Origin: a virus
Reading direction: 5' to 3' (one strand)
IMG/VR virus record: IMGVR_UViG_3300045988_126550
Location: 1-64,000 of that record
DNA: 64,000 nucleotides
Below are positions 27,416-35,812 of the stretch, piece after piece; position 1 is the stretch's first letter; each line of letters begins with the position of its first letter. The position numbers and the translations under genes are program-made. The notes beneath the pieces were generated by a model. It had not been told where the DNA came from. It did no database searches and saw nothing but the letters and a program-made list of their open reading frames with translations.

Positions 27416-27491
27416 GGTGGTGGGCAACGGCTCAGCGGTTGACTGAGTTTGTTAGCCTTAGCTACTTAACTGTAGCAGATTGGAGTTAATC

Positions 27492-27857
27492 ATGTTGAAA
27501 GTTACTTTGGCAAATGGTACTGTTATCGAGGCTTCTACCGTTGAAGAATTGGCTGCTGTTCAGTCTCTTCTTTCTTCTTCTGTTCCTGGTAAGCCTACCA
27601 GGACTACCGGAATGAGTGCCGCTGAAAAGTGGGAAAAGAGCAAGGCTGACAGAGCCGCTGAACGTGAGGCATTTTACAAGACACATAAATGTGTCAAGAC
27701 AGCTGACGAAAATAGGGCTATGGTCTATGAAGCTATGGGCTATGTTCCCAAGTCTGGAATGTACTTTGACAAGGCACTTTACAAGGCTACTGCAAAGAAA
27801 CTCGGCGTTCTCGGTAAGTCCGGTAAGGTTGTCGGCACTTATGAAGAGATCAAGTAA
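27492..27857 (+). CDS. hypothetical basic Lys/Ala-rich protein, 121 aa (first gene of the plus arm)
   Basis: Track ORF 27480..27857 (TTG). ATG 27492 preferred (GGAG SD 6 nt upstream). Confidence 0.65.
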   Translation: MLKVTLANGTVIEASTVEELAAVQSLLSSSVPGKPTRTTGMSAAEKWEKSKADRAAEREAFYKTHKCVKTADENRAMVYEAMGYVPKSGMYFDKALYKATAKKLGVLGKSGKVVGTYEEIK

Positions 27858-27875
27858 CGCGACCTGATCCCTATA

Positions 27876-27911
27876 GCCTCTCACCCTTCGGGGTGAGGGG
27901 CTTATTTTTTT
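27876..27911 (+). terminator. rho-independent terminator (11-bp GC-rich stem, TTCG loop, T-run)
   Basis: GCCTCTCACCC-TTCG-GGGTGAGGGGC-TTATTTTTTT. Confidence 0.85.
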
Positions 27912-27913
27912 GT

Positions 27914-27950
27914 GTGAACGGTTTTGTATTTTTTCAAGCCGTTCACTTTT
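27914..27950 (+). terminator. second hairpin (GTGAACGG..CCGTTCAC) followed by TTTT
   Basis: 8-bp stem, 17-nt loop; weaker than the first. Confidence 0.4.
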
Positions 27951-28132
27951 CTTATGTTCTCGTGTCTATGTGTTTTTGCATAGATGCGTTTTTATATATT
28001 TCACCGGGCTATGAGGTGTGAGTCCCCATAGCTTAACAAACAAACACCCAGTGTGAAACAGACGAGCATTATATGCTAGTCAATCTCGACGAGTGTGAAA
28101 CACGAGTCAATAATATTTAGGAGGTACAAATT

Positions 28133-28336
28133 ATGAAAAAGTCCATCATCATCTTCTCTGCTATCTGTCTCATGCTCATTGCCTATATCATTGGTGTCAA
28201 GGTTGGTCGCAACGAGGCTATTCATAATGCTTACTTGGTGAGTGACGACGGCGATACCTACGTCATTGGTTACGGCTACAATAATGACGACGAGCTTGAC
28301 GATGAATATCATGAATACATCCGAGAGGAGGAATAA
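28133..28336 (+). CDS. small membrane-anchored protein, 67 aa, acidic C-terminus
   Basis: MKKSIIIFSAICLMLIAYIIGV helix; TAGGAGG SD. Confidence 0.65.
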   Translation: MKKSIIIFSAICLMLIAYIIGVKVGRNEAIHNAYLVSDDGDTYVIGYGYNNDDELDDEYHEYIREEE

Positions 28337-28339
28337 TCT

Positions 28340-28576
28340 ATGAACAAACTAACCCTTATCCAATTGCTCAACGTAGCAAACATCCCTTTCTTATCTTACA
28401 CCGACAAGGTTGTCTTTGTGGTTGACAATGAACTCCACGAATGTTTTCTCGATGAGCACGATTGTGTAGCCGCAGAAGAAACATGGTTTGACGGATGCAC
28501 ACTTGATGATTATGTCAAAGAAGCTGGGAGGAATAAATGCACTCCACCATGTGAAGATGAGGAGGTTGATGAATAA
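28340..28576 (+). CDS. hypothetical protein, 78 aa (tandem paralogue 1 of 3)
   Basis: GAGGAGGA SD; ..VVFVVDNELHECF..CTLDDYV. Confidence 0.6.
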   Translation: MNKLTLIQLLNVANIPFLSYTDKVVFVVDNELHECFLDEHDCVAAEETWFDGCTLDDYVKEAGRNKCTPPCEDEEVDE

Positions 28577-28578
28577 AC

Positions 28579-28794
28579 ATGAGCATTGAATTACTACTTA
28601 AAACTCTGGCGCTCAAGTGTACACATATCATTTGCACCGACCTTAGCATTGTGTTTGAGGTCGGCAATGTTTTGCATGAAGCAATGTATGCACATGGTCA
28701 TGTCTATCAGGAGTACATCTTGAGTGACATGACACTCAACGACTACATTGCACTTTGCAAAACTCATCATGTTCACTATCAACAAATTGCTTAG
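28579..28794 (+). CDS. hypothetical protein, 71 aa (tandem paralogue 2 of 3)
   Basis: GAGGAGG SD; ..IVFEVGNVLHEAM..MTLNDYI. Confidence 0.6.
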   Translation: MSIELLLKTLALKCTHIICTDLSIVFEVGNVLHEAMYAHGHVYQEYILSDMTLNDYIALCKTHHVHYQQIA

Positions 28795-28806
28795 GAGAAA
28801 CACAAA

Positions 28807-29082
28807 ATGACATTTACATTCACTGACCTGAAGAATCTCTACTATGGATGTCACTTCATTGGCTGGGCTGATGGCATAATGCCAACAGCTTACGACGCAG
28901 GAGTTCTATTCGTTGCAGATAGCAACCACAACATCATTGCACAGTTTGAGAGCGTCTATGATGAAGAACGTGACATTTGCATTGGCTTTAAGCCCAACGA
29001 ACTGAACATTGAAATGCTTGGGCATCACACAATTGACTTAATGGAGTGGCTTGACGGTGGATGCACAATCAGAGAGTTTTGA
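28807..29082 (+). CDS. hypothetical protein, 91 aa (tandem paralogue 3 of 3, more diverged)
   Basis: TAGGAGAA SD; ..VLFVADSNHNIIAQF..CTIREF. Confidence 0.55.
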   Translation: MTFTFTDLKNLYYGCHFIGWADGIMPTAYDAGVLFVADSNHNIIAQFESVYDEERDICIGFKPNELNIEMLGHHTIDLMEWLDGGCTIREF

Positions 29083-29124
29083 GCACAACAAATTATTTGA
29101 CGGCTAATAAACTTATAACCAGTG

Positions 29125-29156
29125 GGCGTAAGTGTTTAGCTTACGCCTATTATTAT
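29125..29156 (+). terminator. hairpin GGCGTAAG-N7-CTTACGCC followed by a T-rich tract
   Basis: Read directly, after 28807..29082. Confidence 0.5.
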
Positions 29157-29222
29157 GGGCTTATTTACTGACTACCCACTAGCAATAGGGGTTAAGGTCA
29201 AGCTCATAGGAAGGAGCAAACA

Positions 29223-29420
29223 ATGACTAAGTTTGAACAAAGAGGTATCAATTTCCAGTATGATGCAACAACTAAGGAGCAAGCACAAAAATCTTTCCAG
29301 TATTCTTGCGACTGTTGCTGCAACAAGGGTATGCGCATTGATTGCGACCACTGCGCAATCAGCTACACCCACAAAATGGTTGTGGCGTATTTTGAAACTA
29401 AGGAGGAAGAAGCCCACTAA
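29223..29420 (+). CDS. Cys-rich hypothetical protein, 65 aa
   Basis: GGAAGGAG SD. The overlapping track ORF 29233..29427 lacks an SD. Confidence 0.6.
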   Translation: MTKFEQRGINFQYDATTKEQAQKSFQYSCDCCCNKGMRIDCDHCAISYTHKMVVAYFETKEEEAH

Positions 29421-29472
29421 CAATTAAATATCACTGGTCAAATCAACAAGTATAAAACAGGAGGATTGCAAT

Positions 29473-29667
29473 ATGACTAAACAGCAGCGAGACATCATTG
29501 ACGCCAAGAAAGAAGTGTTCCGTGGTTTCTGCCTCAAGTGGGACAAGGACATTGAGCACCGTTTCCTTGATGAGTGCTCCCGGCGTCCTAATGCAGACCC
29601 TCAAATCATCATGGGCAGGCTGACTCATGACAAGATTCAGGAGCGTTTCGATGAGTTCTACGGATGA
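29473..29667 (+). CDS. hypothetical protein, 64 aa
   Basis: CAGGAGGA SD. Confidence 0.6.
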   Translation: MTKQQRDIIDAKKEVFRGFCLKWDKDIEHRFLDECSRRPNADPQIIMGRLTHDKIQERFDEFYG

Positions 29668-29772
29668 CTAGTCATAACTCATGCTGGCTAAGCAACGAGG
29701 TGTGCAACGTCAATGAGTCACAATTTTTCCGATTGGCTGCGCCAGTGCCAACTGAATAAAACCTATATGAAG

Positions 29773-29800
29773 CCCTTGACCTTGCGTCGAGGGTTTCCTT
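29773..29800 (+). terminator. weak hairpin CCCTTGAC-N5-GTCGAGGG followed by TTTCCTT
   Basis: Read directly. Confidence 0.35.
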
Positions 29801-29876
29801 ATGGGCTTTGCTCAGAGGCTTGCGTAAAACACGAGTCAAATTTAATAGCCGACGGGCTTAAAACGTGGAGGTTCTT

Positions 29877-30374
29877 ATGAATAAGCAGGAAGTTATGAAG
29901 GCGCTGGATATCTGTGGTGACACCAATCGTATGTGCTGTGAGGAGTGCCCTTACTATGGTGTGGAGAGCTGTGATACTCGTATGAACAACGATGCTATTG
30001 CTCTGCTCAAGTCTGAACCTGAGTGTGATACCAAGCCCACCTATCACACCGCTTATATCTACACCAAACATGACAACCTGAGCAAGTGGTTCGATGTGAA
30101 CCGCGCTAAGTTCATTGTTGACGGCAACATGGAGTACTCCGAACACTTCGTAAGAGCCGAAGCACATTATGCTCAGGAGCGTATCGTTAAGCTCGTTATC
30201 CTCGTTCGTCATGAGGCTGGCAAGTGCATTTGCCGCATCAAGTGCCCCATCAATCCTCTGCCCATCAAGGGTGAGTTCGTAACAACTACTGCCGCTGATG
30301 TTGGCAGACTGATTATGTCCATGGGCTGGAGCTTCAGCCACAAGATTGAACTTAACTCTCCGCTTTACAAGTAA
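29877..30374 (+). CDS. hypothetical protein, 165 aa
   Basis: Track 29865..30374; ATG 29877 preferred (TGGAGG SD). Confidence 0.6.
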   Translation: MNKQEVMKALDICGDTNRMCCEECPYYGVESCDTRMNNDAIALLKSEPECDTKPTYHTAYIYTKHDNLSKWFDVNRAKFIVDGNMEYSEHFVRAEAHYAQERIVKLVILVRHEAGKCICRIKCPINPLPIKGEFVTTTAADVGRLIMSMGWSFSHKIELNSPLYK

Positions 30375-30450
30375 GGCGGAGTGCAAGGAAGGTGGTGATG
30401 CCCAAACAATTATATCCACGCAAATCATTAAATTTTAGGAGGTAAATCAA

Positions 30451-30699
30451 ATGAAACTCAAAAGCGAAATTCCTTTCATCAAGGCAAACTTCAGTAAAAT
30501 CACAAACTTGCCCGAGTATGCCGAAAGACTCAAGGCAAATGGGAACTACAAGGACTTCGGCACTCGTCTTGCTTGGGATTGCATCCACGCAACCATCCCA
30601 AGCGAAATTGTTTGCGGCTGGTATGACAAGTACAATTGCCATGACGACCATATCACAACTGCGGCAAAAGCTGCATTAAGGGAAATGGGGGTGCTTTAA
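30451..30699 (+). CDS. hypothetical protein, 82 aa
   Basis: TAGGAGG SD. Confidence 0.6.
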   Translation: MKLKSEIPFIKANFSKITNLPEYAERLKANGNYKDFGTRLAWDCIHATIPSEIVCGWYDKYNCHDDHITTAAKAALREMGVL

Positions 30700-30872
30700 T
30701 GAAGGCAAATGAATATATGAGTCAGCTTAAAGCCGCGTTCCCAAAGGCAGATGCAATTTATGAGGACACAATCATTGACATCTGTGGCAGGGAAGGGCTT
30801 CTTTCTTTAAGGGAAAGCCGCCTGATTGAACTGTGCGGTGTCCTCGAAGGCAGACGACTTTATGCCATTTAA
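30699..30872 (+). CDS. hypothetical protein, 57 aa
   Basis: Own translation MKANEYMSQLKAAFPKADAIYEDTIIDICGREGLLSLRESRLIELCGVLEGRRLYAI*. TAATG overlap with the upstream stop. Below the track cutoff. Confidence 0.5.
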   Translation: MKANEYMSQLKAAFPKADAIYEDTIIDICGREGLLSLRESRLIELCGVLEGRRLYAI

Positions 30873-30896
30873 GGCAAATAGAAAGGAGAATGTAAA

Positions 30897-31409
30897 ATGA
30901 CTGAATATCAAGCTCAAGCGAAACAGTTTCTTGCGGACAGTAACGCCACAATGGAAATCAGCTTCATCGGAAAGGAGATCCCTTCTCACTGGTTGGGCGA
31001 AACCAAGCCGCACAACAAGTATCAGTTCACCATTACAACTCCCAAAGGCAAATACACAAGCTACTTCTGGGACAGCCTGCACAACACAGAGGTGAGTGAA
31101 GTTTCCGAGAGAACCTATGCTCAACAGAAGTATAAAGCAAGTTATGATTGTCTGAGGTCTCATGAAAAGGCAAAGGCAAGGGCAGAACTTGCAAAACTCA
31201 AGGCAAACGCAATTCCCACCGAGTATGACATCATTGCTTGCGTAGAGAAATACAGCTACGACAGCTTCAGCGACTTCTGTGCCGAGTTCGGCTACAGTAC
31301 CGACAGTATCTCTGCAAGGGAAACTTTCCTTGCTTGTGGTGAGGAATATGCAGGGCTTCGCCGTATCTTTACGGAGGAGCAAATGGAAAAGATGAGGAAA
31401 ATTTATTAA
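30897..31409 (+). CDS. hypothetical protein, 170 aa
   Basis: AAAGGAGAA SD. Confidence 0.6.
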   Translation: MTEYQAQAKQFLADSNATMEISFIGKEIPSHWLGETKPHNKYQFTITTPKGKYTSYFWDSLHNTEVSEVSERTYAQQKYKASYDCLRSHEKAKARAELAKLKANAIPTEYDIIACVEKYSYDSFSDFCAEFGYSTDSISARETFLACGEEYAGLRRIFTEEQMEKMRKIY

Positions 31410-31422
31410 GGAGGTAAGGCAA

Positions 31423-31608
31423 ATGAAACTGCGTGACTTTGTAAATCTCTATGACAATTGGAATGGCATTCTGGTTGTTAATGACGACAATCTCAACCCG
31501 ATTGTAAAAGGAAAAGTTGAGGTTGCTTTATCCTATGGAAATGTGTATGAAAAGGAAGTCGTTGCCTTCGGCTTCTACGACAACGAACTTTGTGTAAGAG
31601 TGAGGTAA
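31423..31608 (+). CDS. hypothetical protein, 61 aa
   Basis: TAAGGAGG SD. Confidence 0.6.
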   Translation: MKLRDFVNLYDNWNGILVVNDDNLNPIVKGKVEVALSYGNVYEKEVVAFGFYDNELCVRVR

Positions 31609-31613
31609 AGCAA

Positions 31614-31835
31614 ATGAGAAGATTTTATATGTCTATGGCTCCTTCTATGGACTATTGTAAGGGATGGAACGCTGCTGTTGAAGCTGTAACCATTGATGCT
31701 CAAAACAACCGCTCCAAGGCAGAACAGTGCTTGATTGACAACGGAATTGAACCCGATGAAGCGCCCATTGTTCTTCAGGCATTGGGTTACATTCTGCTCG
31801 ATGAAGAACTTTATCCAGAGGAGGAAGTGAAATGA
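31614..31835 (+). CDS. hypothetical protein, 73 aa
   Basis: Track 31590..31835; ATG 31614 preferred (GTGAGG SD). Confidence 0.55.
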   Translation: MRRFYMSMAPSMDYCKGWNAAVEAVTIDAQNNRSKAEQCLIDNGIEPDEAPIVLQALGYILLDEELYPEEEVK

Positions 31836-32038
31836 CCATTCAAGATAAAATCGGCATTATTTATGCTATTTCTGATTGTTCGTGTAGGTCATGCGATAAT
31901 TGTGCCGCAACGAACGTATGTCGTGGCGGAAAAAGAGCCTTTGTCATTGACCTGATAAACGAAGTTAAAGCTCTTATCAAAGAGCGAGATGAGGCAGTTG
32001 CTGAACTTGCCGCCCTCAAAGAAAAAACCGAAAATTAA
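31832..32038 (+). CDS. hypothetical protein, 68 aa, C-terminal coiled segment
   Basis: GAGGAGGAAG SD; ATGA overlap. Confidence 0.6.
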   Translation: MTIQDKIGIIYAISDCSCRSCDNCAATNVCRGGKRAFVIDLINEVKALIKERDEAVAELAALKEKTEN

Positions 32039-32039
32039 A

Positions 32040-32054
32040 CAATACAAAATTATT
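32040..32054 (+). promoter_or_regulatory. conserved intergenic motif copy (first on the plus arm)
   Basis: CAATACAAAATTATT, 2 nt after the stop at 32038, upstream of the lipoprotein gene. Confidence 0.65.
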
Positions 32055-32073
32055 ACTGAAAGGAAATAAAACC

Positions 32074-32502
32074 ATGAAAAAGATTCTTGCTATCGTTCTT
32101 GCCCTGCTCGTTATCCTGTCCCTGACTGCTTGTACAAATCCGATGCTGACATCAGCCGAAGTTCACGAAACGGAAACCGAGCCGAGTGGCATCACGAAGG
32201 ATGAATGCGTAAAGGAAATTGACACAGAGTTCAAATCAATCTTTGGCGATGACTTGCTTCTCACCATGTATGAGGACGGAATTTATTCTGTCGTATTCAC
32301 AGCAGAGGGAATTGACGACATCTACAATTACTATCACGCAATTCCTACTGACATTTCTAATCCTGTAAAGGAAATGAGCAAAGCAACTTACGAAGCAGGT
32401 CTTGACAATATGTTTGTGCTTGTAAGTGATGTTGACAATACAGAATTGCTCATCATCTACAACGGAATTGATGTAACGAAGGAGGTACTCAATGAAAACT
32501 GA
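32074..32502 (+). CDS. lipoprotein (signal peptide with lipobox LSLTAC)
   Basis: MKKILAIVLALLVILSLTAC|TNP. Confidence 0.7.
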   Translation: MKKILAIVLALLVILSLTACTNPMLTSAEVHETETEPSGITKDECVKEIDTEFKSIFGDDLLLTMYEDGIYSVVFTAEGIDDIYNYYHAIPTDISNPVKEMSKATYEAGLDNMFVLVSDVDNTELLIIYNGIDVTKEVLNEN

Positions 32503-32605
32503 AATCAAATGTGAATATGGACACTATGTTGTCTATGCAGACGGAAAGTTCTATTGCAGTGCTGACACATACAGCGAAGCTGAAAGAGAAATTAAGGAGG
32601 AATAA
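32492..32605 (+). CDS. hypothetical protein, 37 aa
   Basis: Own translation MKTEIKCEYGHYVVYADGKFYCSADTYSEAEREIKEE*; AAGGAGG SD. Below the track cutoff. Confidence 0.45.
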   Translation: MKTEIKCEYGHYVVYADGKFYCSADTYSEAEREIKEE

Positions 32606-32608
32606 ATT

Positions 32609-34444
32609 ATGTTTCATGTTGGCGACATGGTAAAAGCACTTGATGATGGAAGTCATTATACCATTACAACGAGAGGTTGGATTGGGTATGTGACGAGAGT
32701 AATCAACGACGACACAATCTGTGTATCTAATAGCATGCCTGGTATTTTTAAGGAATGGAGAGTGTCGGCTCGTTATTTTGAGTTAGTTAAATCAACTTGT
32801 ATTGAAGAAAAGGAGGAAAATAAAATGGATGTAAAGGAAATTATCACTGAGGACGAAAGAAAATCACTTCTTAAGGACATGGAGCATTTGCTCGATGAAT
32901 ATGACTACGACTACACCGAGGAAGCGCTCGACAGGATCATTAACACATGGGCAGAAAACAAGGCAGACCTTATCACCGCTTTCAAGAAGCATCCGAACTA
33001 TCTCAAAGGCAAATTCATGATTGTATTCAGCCACAATTTTGCACGCGAGACAAGCACCAATGCGCTTAGAGACTTTGCCAAATGGCTTCTGGATTTGGAC
33101 AATGCACTTGCAGTAAGGGAATTCATGCCTGATGACATGAAAGACTATTGCACGTCTTATGGTAAAAAACTTCCTGGAGCTATCTTCAATTTCGTTATCA
33201 ATCTGTACCAATTCTCTGACCAGTACATTGACGAGGCAACCGCAGGTAAATTTAATGAAATGTTGCCTGACATTCACGCTCACAACGGACAGAAGATGAG
33301 CCGCGTTATGAACAAGCTGCTCACATACATTGGCTACAATAAGCTGCCCGACTACAATAGGGAATTTGCAAAGTATGCTGATGCAATCAATCCGCTTCAG
33401 ATTGTAAGGCATACCGTTCTTTCTGTGAACCCGCTTGATTATCTCACCATGTCGTTTGGTAATTCGTGGGCAAGCTGCCATACCATCGACAAGAAAAACA
33501 AGCGTGGTATGCCTAACAGTTATGAAGGAATGTATTCTTCTGGTACTGTAAGCTACATGTTGGATAAGCCTTCCATGGTATTCTATACTGTGGACGCAGC
33601 CTACGGAGGGAAAGATTTCTGGCATGAGCCTAAGATTAACCGTCAGATGTTCCATTGGGCAGAAGACAAACTCGTACAGGGCAGACTGTACCCGCAAGAC
33701 AATGACGGAAACGGTGGTGCATATACTCCTTACAGAGAAATTGTCCAAAAGATTATGTCCGAAATCTTTGAATTTCCGAATCTGTGGACTGTCTCAAAGG
33801 GAACTGATGCGGCAAGCAAATATGTGGTATCCGAAGGCACTCACTATAGAGACTATGAGAGCTACAGTAATTGCACACTTTCTCGTCTGAAGGGAAGCGA
33901 GAATGAAGAATACTTCACAGTTGGTCATGCACCGATTTGTATCAAGTGCGGCTATGAACATGACAAACAGGGAAATATTTCTTGCTGCGCTAGTAAAGTA
34001 ACTTGCGCAAATTGCGGTTGCCTCATTGAAAGTGATAGTGACGAAGTCGTTTGGATTAACGGAGAACCATATTGCAGCGATTGTGTAAGCTGGTGCGACT
34101 GCTGCGAAAGCTACGTTGTTAGCGGTGTAACAGAAGTAGATGGTGGCTATTTTGTGTGTGATGATTGTTTGGATAATTATTACAGACAGTGTTCCGATTG
34201 TAGAGAGTACCATAGGGAAAGCCGCATGACATATGTAGACTCCATTGAAGATTATGTTTGCCGCAATTGTCTTGAAGAGAATTATTCTTTCTGCGATGAC
34301 TGCAGAGAATTCTTCAGAAGCGAAGACTTGACAGAACATAATGGACGTTGGTTGTGTGATAGTTGTCTTGAAGAAGCGGAAGCACAGGAAGAAGACGATG
34401 AAGAAGAAAGCTCCGAGGCAAACGCCGAAGAACAGGCTATTTAA
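32609..34444 (+). CDS. large hypothetical protein, 611 aa, C-terminal array of CxxC Zn-ribbon repeats and an acidic tail
   Basis: TAAGGAGGA SD. At least 6 CxxC..CxxC units between aa ~445 and 590. Confidence 0.65.
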   Translation: MFHVGDMVKALDDGSHYTITTRGWIGYVTRVINDDTICVSNSMPGIFKEWRVSARYFELVKSTCIEEKEENKMDVKEIITEDERKSLLKDMEHLLDEYDYDYTEEALDRIINTWAENKADLITAFKKHPNYLKGKFMIVFSHNFARETSTNALRDFAKWLLDLDNALAVREFMPDDMKDYCTSYGKKLPGAIFNFVINLYQFSDQYIDEATAGKFNEMLPDIHAHNGQKMSRVMNKLLTYIGYNKLPDYNREFAKYADAINPLQIVRHTVLSVNPLDYLTMSFGNSWASCHTIDKKNKRGMPNSYEGMYSSGTVSYMLDKPSMVFYTVDAAYGGKDFWHEPKINRQMFHWAEDKLVQGRLYPQDNDGNGGAYTPYREIVQKIMSEIFEFPNLWTVSKGTDAASKYVVSEGTHYRDYESYSNCTLSRLKGSENEEYFTVGHAPICIKCGYEHDKQGNISCCASKVTCANCGCLIESDSDEVVWINGEPYCSDCVSWCDCCESYVVSGVTEVDGGYFVCDDCLDNYYRQCSDCREYHRESRMTYVDSIEDYVCRNCLEENYSFCDDCREFFRSEDLTEHNGRWLCDSCLEEAEAQEEDDEEESSEANAEEQAI

Positions 34445-34459
34445 GGGAGGTAAATGAAT

Positions 34460-35371
34460 ATGAATAAAGAGTTTGAAAAAATTTGCCGCATGTCTCAGAA
34501 ATCACTGAAGAATCATGTGAAACAGAAACTGGTAAAAACACACGGTGAAATTGTCAGCGGGGATGGTTTTGTGTTTGCACAAGGTAAATTCCCCGTGCTC
34601 TTGATGGCACATCTTGACACAGTGCACAAAATCTTGCCGACCATGGTTGAATATGATACAGAACAGAACATTATTTCTTCTCCTAATGGAATTGGAGGAG
34701 ATGATCGATGCGGTGTATACATGATTTTTAAGATTCTCAAAAAATATAATTGCTCAGTTCTTTTCTGTGAGGATGAGGAGATTGGATGTGTTGGCGCAGG
34801 GAAATTCATTAAAACAGAACTTGCAAAGGAACTCGATTTTAATTACATCATTGAGTTCGACCGTGCCAATGCAAACGACGCAGTATTTTATCAGTGTGCA
34901 AATGATGAGTTCGAAAAATTCATCACAAAGGAATTCTATGAAACAGCATTTGGTTCGTTCTCTGATATTTGCGAGGTTGCGCCATTCATTGGGTGTGCGG
35001 CAGTGAATCTCAGCTGTGGATATTACAGAGCACATACCACAAGCGAATATGTGGTGCTTTCTGAAATGGAAAAGAGTATTCAGGAAGCATGCAAGATTCT
35101 TGAAAGGACAACGGAAAACGACAAATTCAATTATGTGGAAAGCTATCGCAGTGCCGCAGCAGATTGGATTGATGAGATGTATGATGACTATTATGGCAGC
35201 AAGTATTATGTTGTCGAATATGTAGACAAAAATAATATTATGTGCTGGTATGATACGATCGCACATTCCAAGGCAGAGGCAGTCGGCAAATTCGTTATGG
35301 AATGCCCCGACATTCCTTTTGAAAATGTAATTGACGTCATGGTTGACAGCAACGTGTACAACTATATCTAA
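34460..35371 (+). CDS. clan-MH (M20/M28/M42-like) metallopeptidase candidate
   Basis: Collinear AHLDTVH .. GGDDRCG .. CEDEEIG .. EFDR .. RAHT ligand-like pattern. ATG 34460 preferred over 34454 (SD spacing). Confidence 0.5.
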   Translation: MNKEFEKICRMSQKSLKNHVKQKLVKTHGEIVSGDGFVFAQGKFPVLLMAHLDTVHKILPTMVEYDTEQNIISSPNGIGGDDRCGVYMIFKILKKYNCSVLFCEDEEIGCVGAGKFIKTELAKELDFNYIIEFDRANANDAVFYQCANDEFEKFITKEFYETAFGSFSDICEVAPFIGCAAVNLSCGYYRAHTTSEYVVLSEMEKSIQEACKILERTTENDKFNYVESYRSAAADWIDEMYDDYYGSKYYVVEYVDKNNIMCWYDTIAHSKAEAVGKFVMECPDIPFENVIDVMVDSNVYNYI

Positions 35372-35374
35372 TAA

Positions 35375-35390
35375 CAAAACAAAATTATTG
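35375..35390 (+). promoter_or_regulatory. degenerate motif copy
   Basis: CAAAACAAAATTATTG. Confidence 0.4.
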
Positions 35391-35417
35391 CCAACTGGCA
35401 GAAAGGAAATTGACATC

Positions 35418-35798
35418 ATGAAAAACATCACCATCATCAAAGCTAAGTATATTGTGGAGAGCGACCGTCGTAAGGGTAAGGCAGTCTTTGATTTGGACAC
35501 TGGGGAAGCGTTTACGAGCGCAAAGGAATGTTCTGATATCAGAGGATTCTGCTATGTATACTTCACGCAGATTCTCAACAAGGGAAAGGTTGCGAAAGAT
35601 GGACACTTGTATTGCTATGTAGAGGATATGGCTTATTACGCGAATGCGATTCAGTCGCGGCTTTGTGCAAGGCTGCAAAAAGAATATGATACTGCGGTTC
35701 TACAGGTGGCGAATTATCAACAGAAAGCAAAAGAATTTTCTCGAAAGCAAGCAATTGCAGAAGCCAAGGTTGAGAAATTGAAAATGATGCTTAAGTAA
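35418..35798 (+). CDS. hypothetical protein with an IENR1-like HTH module and a C-terminal coiled coil
   Basis: Track 35331..35798; ATG 35418 preferred (AAAGGAAA SD). ..DTGEAFTSAKECSDIRGF.. Confidence 0.55.
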   Translation: MKNITIIKAKYIVESDRRKGKAVFDLDTGEAFTSAKECSDIRGFCYVYFTQILNKGKVAKDGHLYCYVEDMAYYANAIQSRLCARLQKEYDTAVLQVANYQQKAKEFSRKQAIAEAKVEKLKMMLK

Positions 35799-35812
35799 GG
35801 AGGTAGAGTAAT

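Noticed and set aside
26580-27480. tRNA or other canonical RNA genes in the non-coding stretches (also 17961-18121 and 23277-23405)
   Set aside because: I could not find a cloverleaf-compatible sequence (no GTTCRANNC T-loop with a matching acceptor stem) by eye. A tRNAscan or Infernal run would be needed to be sure.
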